In this document: positions 53,480 to 63,500 of the stretch, piece by piece
How positions within the stretch are numbered: position 1 is the stretch's first letter
Layout of the letters: every line of letters starts with the position of its first letter
Assembly: GCA_045656865.1 (NCBI GenBank)
Contig: JAZOSB010000053.1
Location: forward strand, 8,074-72,073
DNA length: 64,000 bases
Origin: Clostridia bacterium
GTDB lineage: Bacteria > Bacillota > Clostridia > UMGS1883
Direction: 5' to 3'
Program-made: the position numbers and the translations under genes
The notes under the pieces: model-generated
Told to the model about the DNA's origin: nothing
Seen by the model: only the letters and a program-made list of their open reading frames with translations
The model's database searches: none

Positions 53480-54565
53480 TTACATCAATTTTGCGTATTC
53501 ACTGCACATCAGTACAAATGTACCCATGCCGTGCAGGTTGTTCATCACTACAGGTCTTTTTAAGTACAAATCGTAGGTGTGTTTAACGCCTGTGCCGATA
53601 CAGATTTTATCCATCTGTATTTTTCCGTCAATAATTTCAATATCCTTTACTATACCCTCAAAGCTCTCTTGTGCAATTTTCTTATAGCTTTCGTCAAGAT
53701 AGCCTTCGTTTATACCCTTGCATATTGCGTAGGTAAGCAGGCACGAGCAGGAGGTTTCTACCCAGTTATCAGGGTCGTTTCCCCTGTTTAATACCTGAAA
53801 CCATTTTTTCGTCTTTTCGTCACGGTAGGATATTATTGCCTTTATCAGCGATACTCCGTTTTTAATAAATTCCGCTTTTTTTGCGTAGCTGTCAGGCATA
53901 TAGCTTGCAACGTCAAAAACCGTTACCACGTACCAGCCTAATGCTCTGCCCCAGAATTCTGGCGATAAACCTGTGTTCGGGTCTGCCCACAGCTGCGTTT
54001 TGGTTGAATCCCATGCGTGGTACAACAGCCCCGTTCTCTCGTCGTGCATATTGTCCCACATCAGTTTCATCTGCTTGTATGCCATGTCAAGGTATTTTTC
54101 CTCCCCGAATTTCACTCCGTAAAGGACAAGATTGGGGCACGCCATATAGAGTCCGTCGAGCCACATCTGATTGGGATACTGCTCCATATGCCAGAATCCG
54201 CCGTGCTGATTGGTTTTCCAGCTTTCGTAAAGCTTCATTGCCATATCAAGTACCTTTTTATAGCGTACATCTCCCGTCTTTTCGTAAAGGTCAAAGAGCA
54301 GCACTGCCGATTTCAAATCGTCAAGCCTGTCAAGCTGTGCGTGGTGAAGATTGCCGTTTTCGTCAATGTAGTTATCAACCCATTCTTTTATATAATTGTA
54401 ATATCTTTCATCACCTGTCAGGTTATAGAGCCTTTCCATACCGCACAGAAATACGCCCTTCTGATAGTCGAAGCCCTTTACTGTGTCAAACATCTGCTCA
54501 CGGTTTTCCTCGCCCATTTGTGTGTCGCAGGTTAATTTTGCATAATCCAAAGCACTTAGTGTCAT
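53480..54565 (-). CDS. GH105/GH88-type unsaturated (rhamno)galacturonyl/glucuronyl hydrolase
   Basis: (alpha/alpha)6-type sequence with GGFWHM..YPNQMWLDGLYMACP, like YteR/YesR. I prefer ATG 54565; the longer ORF start lies inside the upstream hairpin. Confidence 0.75.
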   Translation of the reverse strand: MTLSALDYAKLTCDTQMGEENREQMFDTVKGFDYQKGVFLCGMERLYNLTGDERYYNYIKEWVDNYIDENGNLHHAQLDRLDDLKSAVLLFDLYEKTGDVRYKKVLDMAMKLYESWKTNQHGGFWHMEQYPNQMWLDGLYMACPNLVLYGVKFGEEKYLDMAYKQMKLMWDNMHDERTGLLYHAWDSTKTQLWADPNTGLSPEFWGRALGWYVVTVFDVASYMPDSYAKKAEFIKNGVSLIKAIISYRDEKTKKWFQVLNRGNDPDNWVETSCSCLLTYAICKGINEGYLDESYKKIAQESFEGIVKDIEIIDGKIQMDKICIGTGVKHTYDLYLKRPVVMNNLHGMGTFVLMCSEYAKLM

Positions 54566-54592
54566 TGCAAATTTCCTTTCTGTATATGAGTA

Positions 54593-54620
54593 AAGGGGAG
54601 GCGGCATGCCGCCTCCCCTT
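54593..54620 (-). terminator. Perfect 28-nt GC-rich palindrome (terminator or processing hairpin)
   Basis: AAGGGGAGGCGGCATGCCGCCTCCCCTT is its own reverse complement. It lies 22 nt after the stop at 54643. The U-tract is weak. Confidence 0.5.
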
Positions 54621-54642
54621 ACTCAGGTCAAAACAATATTAA

Positions 54643-55650
54643 TTATTCAAGAGTTGCTGCAGGACCTGCAGGAACAAGTGTATTCATATCCCAGATAAAT
54701 GTCTTTATTTTGGTGAGTCTGTCTATTTGACCCGCAGATAAACCGTTACCCACTGAAAGATCGTCTGTTGTTTTAACATCCATAAGTTCATTACCGTCAT
54801 ACACTGCCATAATAATCTTCTTACCTGTATACTTCTCGGAAGAAACTTCTGTCCAAACAGAGCCGCCTATCGTTGAGTTCTTCAGATCAGTGACATCGTA
54901 AAAGTCAACCTCTGTATTTCCATTTTTATAAAAACGAACACCTGTGTTGATTCTTGATACGTCATCATAGATAATACACAAATCATCAAATCTTACACGC
55001 GAAGTCCCGGCGTGTGAAGGAACAGCGATTTGTATAGACTCAATATACTTTCCGAGAGGTGCTTTATATCCGTAAAATCTAAGTGAAGTGTTCTTTGCAT
55101 TCGCATTCTTCCACTCATTAGTCTCAGTGGTTCCACCCGAAAGGGTCACTGTCAGGTCGGCAGCAACTGCACTATCCACTTTATTTGTGTCGCTGAACAC
55201 GTAGAAGCCTATTGCAACGGGCTTTAAGGTATCATCAGTGCTGCTGATACTGAATGTTGCACTAGTCCCTCTCGTTATACCCATAGCTTGCGTACCGGAA
55301 GCAACGATTGTGTTACCACTAGAATTTTTACGGAGAGAAACACAGTTTGCTGTTGATGGGGTTATTCCTAATGTACATTTGTCATTGTCCCCGGCACCTA
55401 CTATAGCAGTATTTACTTCGGTTAAGTACGTGGCCGTCTCACTGTCAAAGTTGAACAGCGCTGCATAGTTAGCATTCGCTAAGGTTGCCTTGAAATTTTC
55501 TTCGCTGTAGCTGTAGGCTCCAGTCACATCCTCAATTGACTCATATTCACCACTACATAAAGTAACATCCGCTGCCGATGCAGCCGTTGCAAACATTGAG
55601 AATGTCAGTGTCATGGCTAATAAAATAGCCGTTGCTTTGATTTTTTTCAT
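54643..55650 (-). CDS. Secreted protein of unknown function (one copy of the uncharacterised FxGxxAP module)
   Basis: Signal peptide MKKIKATAILLAMTLTFSMFATAASA. I recognise no catalytic motif. It shares a module with the 1035-aa SLH protein (see findings). Confidence 0.75.
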   Translation of the reverse strand: MKKIKATAILLAMTLTFSMFATAASAADVTLCSGEYESIEDVTGAYSYSEENFKATLANANYAALFNFDSETATYLTEVNTAIVGAGDNDKCTLGITPSTANCVSLRKNSSGNTIVASGTQAMGITRGTSATFSISSTDDTLKPVAIGFYVFSDTNKVDSAVAADLTVTLSGGTTETNEWKNANAKNTSLRFYGYKAPLGKYIESIQIAVPSHAGTSRVRFDDLCIIYDDVSRINTGVRFYKNGNTEVDFYDVTDLKNSTIGGSVWTEVSSEKYTGKKIIMAVYDGNELMDVKTTDDLSVGNGLSAGQIDRLTKIKTFIWDMNTLVPAGPAATLE

Positions 55651-55683
55651 TTTTACCATTCCTCTCATATTTAAAAATTTAAA

Positions 55684-58446
55684 TTATTTTTCGCCTACTA
55701 TAACAATCATATTGGGGTCAAGCTCTACGTCAAGATTTATGAATATATTTGACGCACCATCGATTCCGTAAACCTCCTCACTGCGTACTGCCGCATATGT
55801 AGCATGGTACACCTCTTTTTCTCCACGGTCAAAGAAGTATATCGGGCAGCCTGTCGCATCAAAGGATTTCGTGATTTCATTGCCGAAGTTATCATAACCG
55901 AAATGAACATTGATTACGCACTTATTCGCTCTGGGATCCGTTCTTATAGTTTTTATCCTGCCGTACATATTATCGGCGGATTGATAGAAGGACAGGCTTC
56001 TGTCGCTAAGGCGTATGCGCCGTACACAGCTCCACATATCGCCGCCTATTATTTTGGCAACCTTGGGCGTGGTTGCTGTTCCGGTGCTCCCTGTAAGTGC
56101 CGCAAACACTACATCACCCGGCTTTAAATCATCAAAGCAAGCGGCGGTGGCATTTCTGTCGTCCGACATGTAGGTGTAGCTTGCGCCAATGTTCAGCGTG
56201 TCAATTTTATGAACCCATGCATCTTCACTGCTGCTGTAAACATTTGTAACCTTATTTATAATCATAGGACGTGTGTAGTCAATCATAAAGTCGGGATCGC
56301 TCTTTGTTCTGTCGTGCCATACGAACACCGTCTCGGGAAGTCCCTCTGCGTCTCTTCCCCACATCAGCGTTTCAAAGCTACCTCCGAATTTAATCTTGTT
56401 AAGCTCTGAATAGAGCCAGTCATCATCCTCCATTGACAGCGGAATATAGTTCATCTGCGTTTTATAGCTGATATCATATTCTCCGAAGGATTCATTGTAG
56501 GGGCCGTCACCCATATACGTTCTTTTCTCTCGGGGACTCGTAATGGGAACGGTTTCAATCATCTTCACCTTACCCTCGGAGTTAAATTCCACGTATTTAA
56601 GGGGGCGCAGGAATTCATAACCGCCTACTGTCTTCTTGTCTGCTTCGGACAACCTGAGTGCATCTAAAATTCCGTCGCCTGTGCGCATTGTGCCATTTAT
56701 TTTAACACGCTCCGCACAGTCAAGAATCTGAATTTTCTTTCCGTAGTTACCTGCCGCATAGCAAACCTTCAGCTGAACATATCCACCTATTGTCTTTGTT
56801 TTTCCTGCATTAATCAGAGTATATTGGAAGTTATAAAGCTCCTCCTCCTTTTCTGCATAGAAAAGCTCCTTTGCAAAGTCGAAATACAGCTTGTATTTTT
56901 TTCCTAACTGAACATCACAGAGCACAGGATCGAAATCATCTGCCACTCCATAGGTTACGCCGTCAATAACAACCTCGTCATCGCCAAGTTCCTCAATCGT
57001 TCCCACTACCATTGAGGAGAGAAGTTCTATCATATAATACGGCTTGTCGTCAACTTCACTTTCAATGATACCGATAACGTCATCCTCACGCAGCATATTA
57101 AGCGAAATATATTCGCCGTCTTTTACAATATCATACGTAACATCATTATAAATTGGATTTAAAACAAGCGGTGTTGTTGTAGGATTGTTTTTAAAGAAAA
57201 TGTGCTTGTCATAAATAGAAACAACGTCCACAATCTCTACATCGTAGCTTGTTACAAGTGCTACGTCGTAAATATTGTCGTTATCGGAATCTATCAGCAC
57301 AACTTTACCGCACGATGGGAAAAGAGCCGCATTTGTCACCCTCGGAATTGTTTCGGTATTAAATATAAGTGACAAATACTTGTCAAGTGACACCTTGTTT
57401 CGTCCGTAATCCTTACTGTTCTTATCCTCAACAAAATATTCAATGTACGGACTGCCATTATCCCCTACGTCGAAGCCGTAAACCTCTGTTATGTCGTAGC
57501 TCATCAACTCCATAACCTTAGCGTCCTTTATGTATGCGTAGACAAGCTCATATTCGTCAGACGAAAGCTCTCTGTAATAATACTCTGTATTATAGCCCGT
57601 CATCTGATGAATATGGGGGAGCTTTTCAACATTATAGTCGTAGAGGATACCCTCAATCTCAATCTCGCCCATTTTCAGGTCATCGCTCTGTCCTGCGCCG
57701 AAAAGGCGGCAAAGAGATGTTCCCGTAACCTGCCCCTTGTCAATGCGTATTTTGTGACTAAGAGAGAGCAGTGTTGCGTTGTCCTGCTTTTCCATATGAT
57801 AGCTGCCGTTGGAGCTTAACCCCTCAATGGTGAGGACATCTACCTTCATCGCCTCATACACCATTTTCACGGCATCGCCCCATGTAACATATTTATCTGT
57901 TGCAACAGCCGTTGCAATTTTAAGCTTGACTGCCATATTGGTGTACCCATCCGGCCAGCCGCCGCTGTTTTCTGCCGCCACGCCGTAGCCTGTCGCCATA
58001 ACCATTACCTTGCAGAATTCAGCATAGCTTAAGTTATCATTTGGTGCAAAGATATTTCGGCCCTTACCGCTGAATATCCCGTCAAGCGTTACTACATTTA
58101 TATATCCTACATTTTTGCTGTACACCGACACGTCGTGATAGTAGCTTACGTTTGATACAGTTTCGGCAAGGTTTTCCTTGGCAAGCATTTTGGTAACGAG
58201 GACTGCCGCTTCCTCTCTTGTTATATAGGAAGCAAAATCCACCCCCTCGGGAATCATATCCATTGCATTTAAAAGCCCTGCTTCGATATCGATTGCCTTG
58301 GGGAACTCGGTCTGTGCATATTCCTGTGCATTCTGCTTATACATCTGAACAAGCACGGAATCCTCACTCTCTGCCAGTGCATATGAAGGAAGAAGCAAAA
58401 GCATACTCATCAAAACAGCTGTCATTCTTTTCAATTTATTCTTCAT
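55684..58446 (-). CDS. Cell-surface protein with N-terminal SLH-like repeats followed by ~700 aa of unknown function
   Basis: Signal peptide MKNKLKRMTAVLMSMLLLLPSYALA. SLH-like segments (ITREEAAVLVTKML; FAPNDNLSYAEFCKVMVMATGY; VTWGDAVKMVYEAM). The start at 58446 follows GGAGGAG and overlaps the upstream gene by 11 nt. Confidence 0.75.
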   Translation of the reverse strand: MKNKLKRMTAVLMSMLLLLPSYALAESEDSVLVQMYKQNAQEYAQTEFPKAIDIEAGLLNAMDMIPEGVDFASYITREEAAVLVTKMLAKENLAETVSNVSYYHDVSVYSKNVGYINVVTLDGIFSGKGRNIFAPNDNLSYAEFCKVMVMATGYGVAAENSGGWPDGYTNMAVKLKIATAVATDKYVTWGDAVKMVYEAMKVDVLTIEGLSSNGSYHMEKQDNATLLSLSHKIRIDKGQVTGTSLCRLFGAGQSDDLKMGEIEIEGILYDYNVEKLPHIHQMTGYNTEYYYRELSSDEYELVYAYIKDAKVMELMSYDITEVYGFDVGDNGSPYIEYFVEDKNSKDYGRNKVSLDKYLSLIFNTETIPRVTNAALFPSCGKVVLIDSDNDNIYDVALVTSYDVEIVDVVSIYDKHIFFKNNPTTTPLVLNPIYNDVTYDIVKDGEYISLNMLREDDVIGIIESEVDDKPYYMIELLSSMVVGTIEELGDDEVVIDGVTYGVADDFDPVLCDVQLGKKYKLYFDFAKELFYAEKEEELYNFQYTLINAGKTKTIGGYVQLKVCYAAGNYGKKIQILDCAERVKINGTMRTGDGILDALRLSEADKKTVGGYEFLRPLKYVEFNSEGKVKMIETVPITSPREKRTYMGDGPYNESFGEYDISYKTQMNYIPLSMEDDDWLYSELNKIKFGGSFETLMWGRDAEGLPETVFVWHDRTKSDPDFMIDYTRPMIINKVTNVYSSSEDAWVHKIDTLNIGASYTYMSDDRNATAACFDDLKPGDVVFAALTGSTGTATTPKVAKIIGGDMWSCVRRIRLSDRSLSFYQSADNMYGRIKTIRTDPRANKCVINVHFGYDNFGNEITKSFDATGCPIYFFDRGEKEVYHATYAAVRSEEVYGIDGASNIFINLDVELDPNMIVIVGEK

Positions 58447-60589
58447 TTTGCTCTCCTCCAATCTCATGTTTAAATTTTGTTTTTTCATATAGTTCTTTAT
58501 TCCAGTAGTCGCCGATTTCCTTTGTCATATATCCTGCCTTTTCCCATGCCACGTTTACGGGATGAATTCCCGTGTCACGCTCAACACCGTCAAAGTATGC
58601 CTTCCATATTTCACCGACAACCTTAACACAGCCCCAGCCTGAGTCATAATACTTTTTCTGTGCATGCGTCATTGCAGGAAGCAGGCTTTCCATTTCCCAC
58701 AAATCATAGATTGCAAAATCAGCCAACTCAAGTGCACGGTCAAGATATTTCTCGTTTCCCGTACCCTCGTAAAGAATTCTTAAAAACTCCATTTCATCTG
58801 CCAGACTAAACGGCATATATTCAGACGTTGTCAGTCTGCTTTCCAGATTATCAAATCCGTATTTATCAGCCCACCATGTGAGCCATTCTGTCAGTTTATC
58901 CCTGAACTCCCCTTCAGGAAGATCCTCCCATGTGTAGATATAACCCCACGACTCGACTGGCGAAGTGAATTGTGAAGGCTGACCTGTTCTCAGATATACC
59001 TGCCTTAAAAAGCTGCTCTTTCCCTTTGAAGTGTCCGCATAGAAAAATTTTTCGTTTTTCTCGATAAATCGCTCCATTCTCTCCCTGATATTTTCAGGAA
59101 CGAGGGGCATTACCTCAATCATATGCGAGACTAAAAGCTGCTGACCAAACATCCAGGCTGATCTGGGGCGGTTACTGCCGTAGTACAGCTCCTGTGTTAT
59201 GACATCATTCTCATTCATAATACTGCCGAGCCGCTCAACCCAGTTCATAAGGGAATAAAGTGCCTCCATAAACTGTGGGTCGCCCGTATAATGATATCCC
59301 CATGCATAGGCATAGAGCATCGGGTCAAGCATCTGCAGATAGTTACCTGTAACAGTTCCTGTTGAGTCAAGATTTGTATGGCGTCCGAAGGAGAAGTCCT
59401 TATAGTTTGCAAGAGTCGTACTGTACCAGGATAAAAGATGCTGATGCGTCGCCTCGGGGTCTGTCTCAAACATTTTATGTATGAAAAACGGTATGCGCAT
59501 CAGATATCGCTGTCCGTAGTAGGCCTCATTTAAAGAGCCCTGTGCACTTACTTCTTCCTCGCTGGTTGCGTACTGATTGGGGGTATTGAAGGTTGCCGTT
59601 ATCGGGTCATATATCATATGCTTACCCCATACCAACACACCGTTGTCGGGAAGTATAAGGTGATCCAGTAAAAATGCGAAAACTCCGTCTGCAATTTCCT
59701 CATACCTTTTTTCGCCCGTCATCGCAGTAAGGTCATACATTATTTCATAAAGATATACCTCGGGTGATACTTCACAGCCGCTGTTTCTCTCGTCAGAGTT
59801 ATATGTCTCCCTCGGCCATTCGGTAACGTAATATCCAGGATATTGAAGCGTGTCACGGTCAAGCATTCCGAAAAAGAGACCGCTTTTTCTGCCGATGGTA
59901 TTTCTTCCGGTTATGCTCGTCACGATCTCAACTCTGTTGCCTATTTCGTAATAGTTAGAATACTTGTCGTCTTTAAAATTATAAAGGAAATCATTATTAA
60001 AATACTTGGTATCTCTGCCGTACTCGCACATTGTATCCACATAATCTACGATAAGGTCGTACATACTGCGGCTGTTTGCCGTTGCAGTAAATTTCTTTGT
60101 CGCCTTTGCTTTCCCCTTTGTTATCGTAGCGGTTATTGTTACATCCGTTATTTTCTTAGGGGCGGTAAACTTGCCCTTATCAGAAATTATGTGGGGGTGG
60201 CTTGATTTCCACAAGATGCGGCTGCCGTTTTTTCCCTCTGCTACAAAGTTAAGATTACGGGAAACGCATTTAAGAAAGCCTAATGAAAGTGCGTCGCTAT
60301 CTTTTTTAACTGCTTCCTCATCCGTAAGATTGAGATTTTCATCTATAATCTTATCGTCAGTATTTTCAGTATTTTCTGCATTTTCATTTTTCTCTATTTC
60401 TTCTTCATTTAAGATATCCGATGCATCCTCAATATCATAATCCTCGTTGTCGACTTCTTCTTCCGTGATTTCTTCCTCAGAAGCTATCTCTTCTCCATCT
60501 TCTGTTGCAAGGGCACTTATGCCTCCCGTAAAAAGGCACAGTACAAGGAGTAAGGAAAGAAGTTTTTTCATATATAATAATTTTTTCAT
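58436..60589 (-). CDS. Secreted protein: acidic linker + atrophied-Ig-like domain + large helix-rich domain of unknown family
   Basis: Signal peptide. The segment SRILWKSSHPHIISDKGKFTAPKKITDVTITATITKGKAKATKKFTATA resembles Ig-like modules common in secreted CAZymes. The remaining ~500 aa is rich in W/Y/F and helix-like sequence. Confidence 0.75.
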   Translation of the reverse strand: MKKLLYMKKLLSLLLVLCLFTGGISALATEDGEEIASEEEITEEEVDNEDYDIEDASDILNEEEIEKNENAENTENTDDKIIDENLNLTDEEAVKKDSDALSLGFLKCVSRNLNFVAEGKNGSRILWKSSHPHIISDKGKFTAPKKITDVTITATITKGKAKATKKFTATANSRSMYDLIVDYVDTMCEYGRDTKYFNNDFLYNFKDDKYSNYYEIGNRVEIVTSITGRNTIGRKSGLFFGMLDRDTLQYPGYYVTEWPRETYNSDERNSGCEVSPEVYLYEIMYDLTAMTGEKRYEEIADGVFAFLLDHLILPDNGVLVWGKHMIYDPITATFNTPNQYATSEEEVSAQGSLNEAYYGQRYLMRIPFFIHKMFETDPEATHQHLLSWYSTTLANYKDFSFGRHTNLDSTGTVTGNYLQMLDPMLYAYAWGYHYTGDPQFMEALYSLMNWVERLGSIMNENDVITQELYYGSNRPRSAWMFGQQLLVSHMIEVMPLVPENIRERMERFIEKNEKFFYADTSKGKSSFLRQVYLRTGQPSQFTSPVESWGYIYTWEDLPEGEFRDKLTEWLTWWADKYGFDNLESRLTTSEYMPFSLADEMEFLRILYEGTGNEKYLDRALELADFAIYDLWEMESLLPAMTHAQKKYYDSGWGCVKVVGEIWKAYFDGVERDTGIHPVNVAWEKAGYMTKEIGDYWNKELYEKTKFKHEIGGEQNEE

Positions 60590-60597
60590 ACTTCACC

Positions 60598-63500
60598 TCA
60601 CTGTACGCTGAGCAGTCTTTGTATAATAACTGCTGCCTGTGCACGTGTTGTAGTGGTCTTTGGTGAGAATTTATCCTCTGAAATTCCTTTTATAATACCT
60701 GCATTGTTAAGTGCGGCTACTGCCTCATATGCAAAGTATGAAATTTCCCCCGAATCCTTCCACGCTGTGTTTTCATCGGTTGCTTCAACACCAAGCTCTG
60801 CAAGAAGCGCACTGCGGTATGCCATAACAGCCATTTCTTCCCTTGTAATTTCCTTTCCTATACCAAAGGAGCCGTCCTCATATCCGCCGCAGATACCTAA
60901 GGACTGTGCCACAGACACTGCATCAAAATACCAGCTGCCTTTTTCTACATCAGTAAATTCTGCTGATGCCTTTTCATCTGTAAAGCCAAACGCCCTTACA
61001 AGCATACTGAGATACTGCTCACGTGTGACAGTGCCCTCGGGCTTGAAGCTGTTTTCGCCCATTCCGTTTACAATGCCCTTCTCTGTAAGCTCTGCTATGC
61101 TTTCATATGCCCAATGCTCCTCGGGAACATCAGCAAAGGTATTGTTTGTGGGGGCGCTTTCGTCTACAGGGGGCTTTACTTCAACAGGTACGGGTGGTTT
61201 TACTGTGGCTCCGCCGCCACCACCGCCACCGCCGCCTGATGCAACGATGCCTGTAGAGCTGCCCGAGCCGCTTTCTTCGGAGTTGTCACGACCTGTACCC
61301 TCTACAGTGACGCCGAATTCCTTTACAAGTGTTCCCGACGAATTTGTAAGTGTGGCCTGAAGCACGCAGTATTTGTCACGCCGTCCGTCAGGTCTTGTAA
61401 CATTTCCTTTATCATCAATCAGACTTGTGTCAAGTGATTTCCACGTAATGGTCGAGCCAAACTCACTTCCCGTCGTCGGAAGCGTTATATTTTCCTTCGT
61501 TTTTTCAGGGATGCTTATTTTCTTATAATCCCGTTCAAGCTTACTGGGCACATACAAATCAAAATTCCTTAAAAATGTAAGCACACCGTAAGTCATCTCC
61601 GCACTGAGGCGTACATTCGACTTTTCCGAAATATCGGGCACCTTTATTTTTCCTAAATTAGCACTGTCCGTTTCGTCCGTCGCTATTACATCTGATACAA
61701 CGTAATTTTCACCCTCAGGTGTTTTCGCAGTCCAATTAATAGTGCAACCGCCGTCAGTTACGGTTGGCAGCACGATATCCTCCGTTATATTTTCCATATT
61801 CTGGTCGCAAAAGCTTGAAAAGGTAAGATTTTCAAAATCAGGCTTAAGTGTCAGAACATCGGGCTTTTCAAAAATAAATCCGAAGTTGTCTGCACCATTG
61901 TACGTACGCGGCTCCACTGTAATAACAATCCTGGTTATATAATGACCTGCAGGGGCTTTAATTCCGTAGAAGGTATTTTTCTCCTTCGTGGCTACTTTAT
62001 CATTGCCCGCTTCATGATTTATTCCATAGGTTTTCTGCGTTCCGTCGGAAAATGTAGCTTGAATTCCAAAGCCATCGGATACATAGTTTTTGTAAGTTCC
62101 CTTGGAAACGTAAACAAATCCGAAGTGAGTCGCCCTGTAATCCCCCGTCTGGCTTGTATCAAATAAATAGTCGTTTTCTTGATTAACTGCCGGTGATACA
62201 ATTTTATACATTTTTCCTGATGGCACCAAGATCTTCTTTCGTTTAGAAGGCGTAGAAGCCAGATTCTTTTCTGTAGCTATTTCATTAGCTTCATTAACCC
62301 ATTCTGTCCATGGGTTTCTAGTTACAGTCGTAAAAGTAAAAATCTTTTCCCTATCCTTTGAAAGTGGCACAGTGAATAGTTTTTCCAGTTCTTCAGCTGT
62401 AGGCGCTTCAGGATTTGCGAACTCTCCGCCTTCAAAGTTTATCATTGCGACATCCTGTTTGTCGTTGTCTGCTGCTGCCGCTTTCTCCATAGCAGCTATG
62501 AATTCACCCATCGTAAGGTCGGTCTGTTCAGACAATACCTTTTCCGTTTCTTCATCATAATACTTTTCACTATTTTCAGCATATACTTCGTAAGCGTCAT
62601 AACCGATTCTTGATACGTCGTAATACGGGGAAACGCTTGTATCTACCGTGATTGTCTTTGTTTTGATTCTTTCCCCTGCCGAAGCAGTCAGCGTAATTGC
62701 ATCAGGCATAACTGCCTGCTGCTTTATTATAAGCTTTCCGTCTTTAATCTCGGCAACATCATTGTTATCGACAGTTATCTCAACCGCGCTGTCAAGCTCT
62801 CTTCCGAACTGGTCAAGCACCTTTGCCGTACAATCGTATTCAAGGATGGAACCATAGTAAGAGGTTTTTACAGTATCGGGTGCAGTTATTTCAATACGTT
62901 TCGGTCTTGCCTCTTCACTTAGAACCTCCTGCGTTATGAGAGAGAGGTCGTCAATTCCTGTAGCGTATATTACATTTTTTTCAGGATCAGGAGATATTAT
63001 AATCACAAGCTTGGTTATGAAGCAGTTCTCAGGTGCCTCAAAGCCCACAAAGTCGCTGGATCCGGCTTTGGCGTTTGAACCCTTAGTGACGGTGATAGTT
63101 TCACTCCCAGACGTTTCACCGTCAGAAATATTTGCGTAATGTGCCGTAATCTTCATATTTAGGTTTCTTCTCGTCGATATAAATCCGACAGCCTTTACAA
63201 CCTCCAGTTTGTCTTTGTTGACAGCAGGGGAAAACGTATACGTCCACTCACTGCCACCATCTAAATAGAGAATAGTAGATCCCGAAGAAGCATACCCGTG
63301 TATTAGTGATTGGCCTGCAGCGACTTTGAAGCGCATGTATGCAGAATCTACGTCATGCTTAACGGAAAGGGACTTTTCCTTTTCCCCGTTCTCGTTCTCC
63401 TTGCCGTATTGCAGATTAAGGGTGTCTATCCCCGAGCCAATATCAAGTCCCTCAAAGGTACAGATGGCCGTTCTGCCATCTTCTTCCGCAGCTTCAAGCT

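Noticed and set aside
53881-54642. 253-aa and 172-aa plus-strand ORFs
   Set aside because: They are antisense to the GH105-like gene. The Arg/Pro/Cys-rich composition is typical of a wrong-frame translation.
61210-61236. Gly9 tract as a possible phase-variation switch
   Set aside because: The tract is made of mixed GGC/GGT/GGA triplets rather than a homopolymer. Any slippage would stay in frame, so it is most simply a flexible linker before the SLH anchor.
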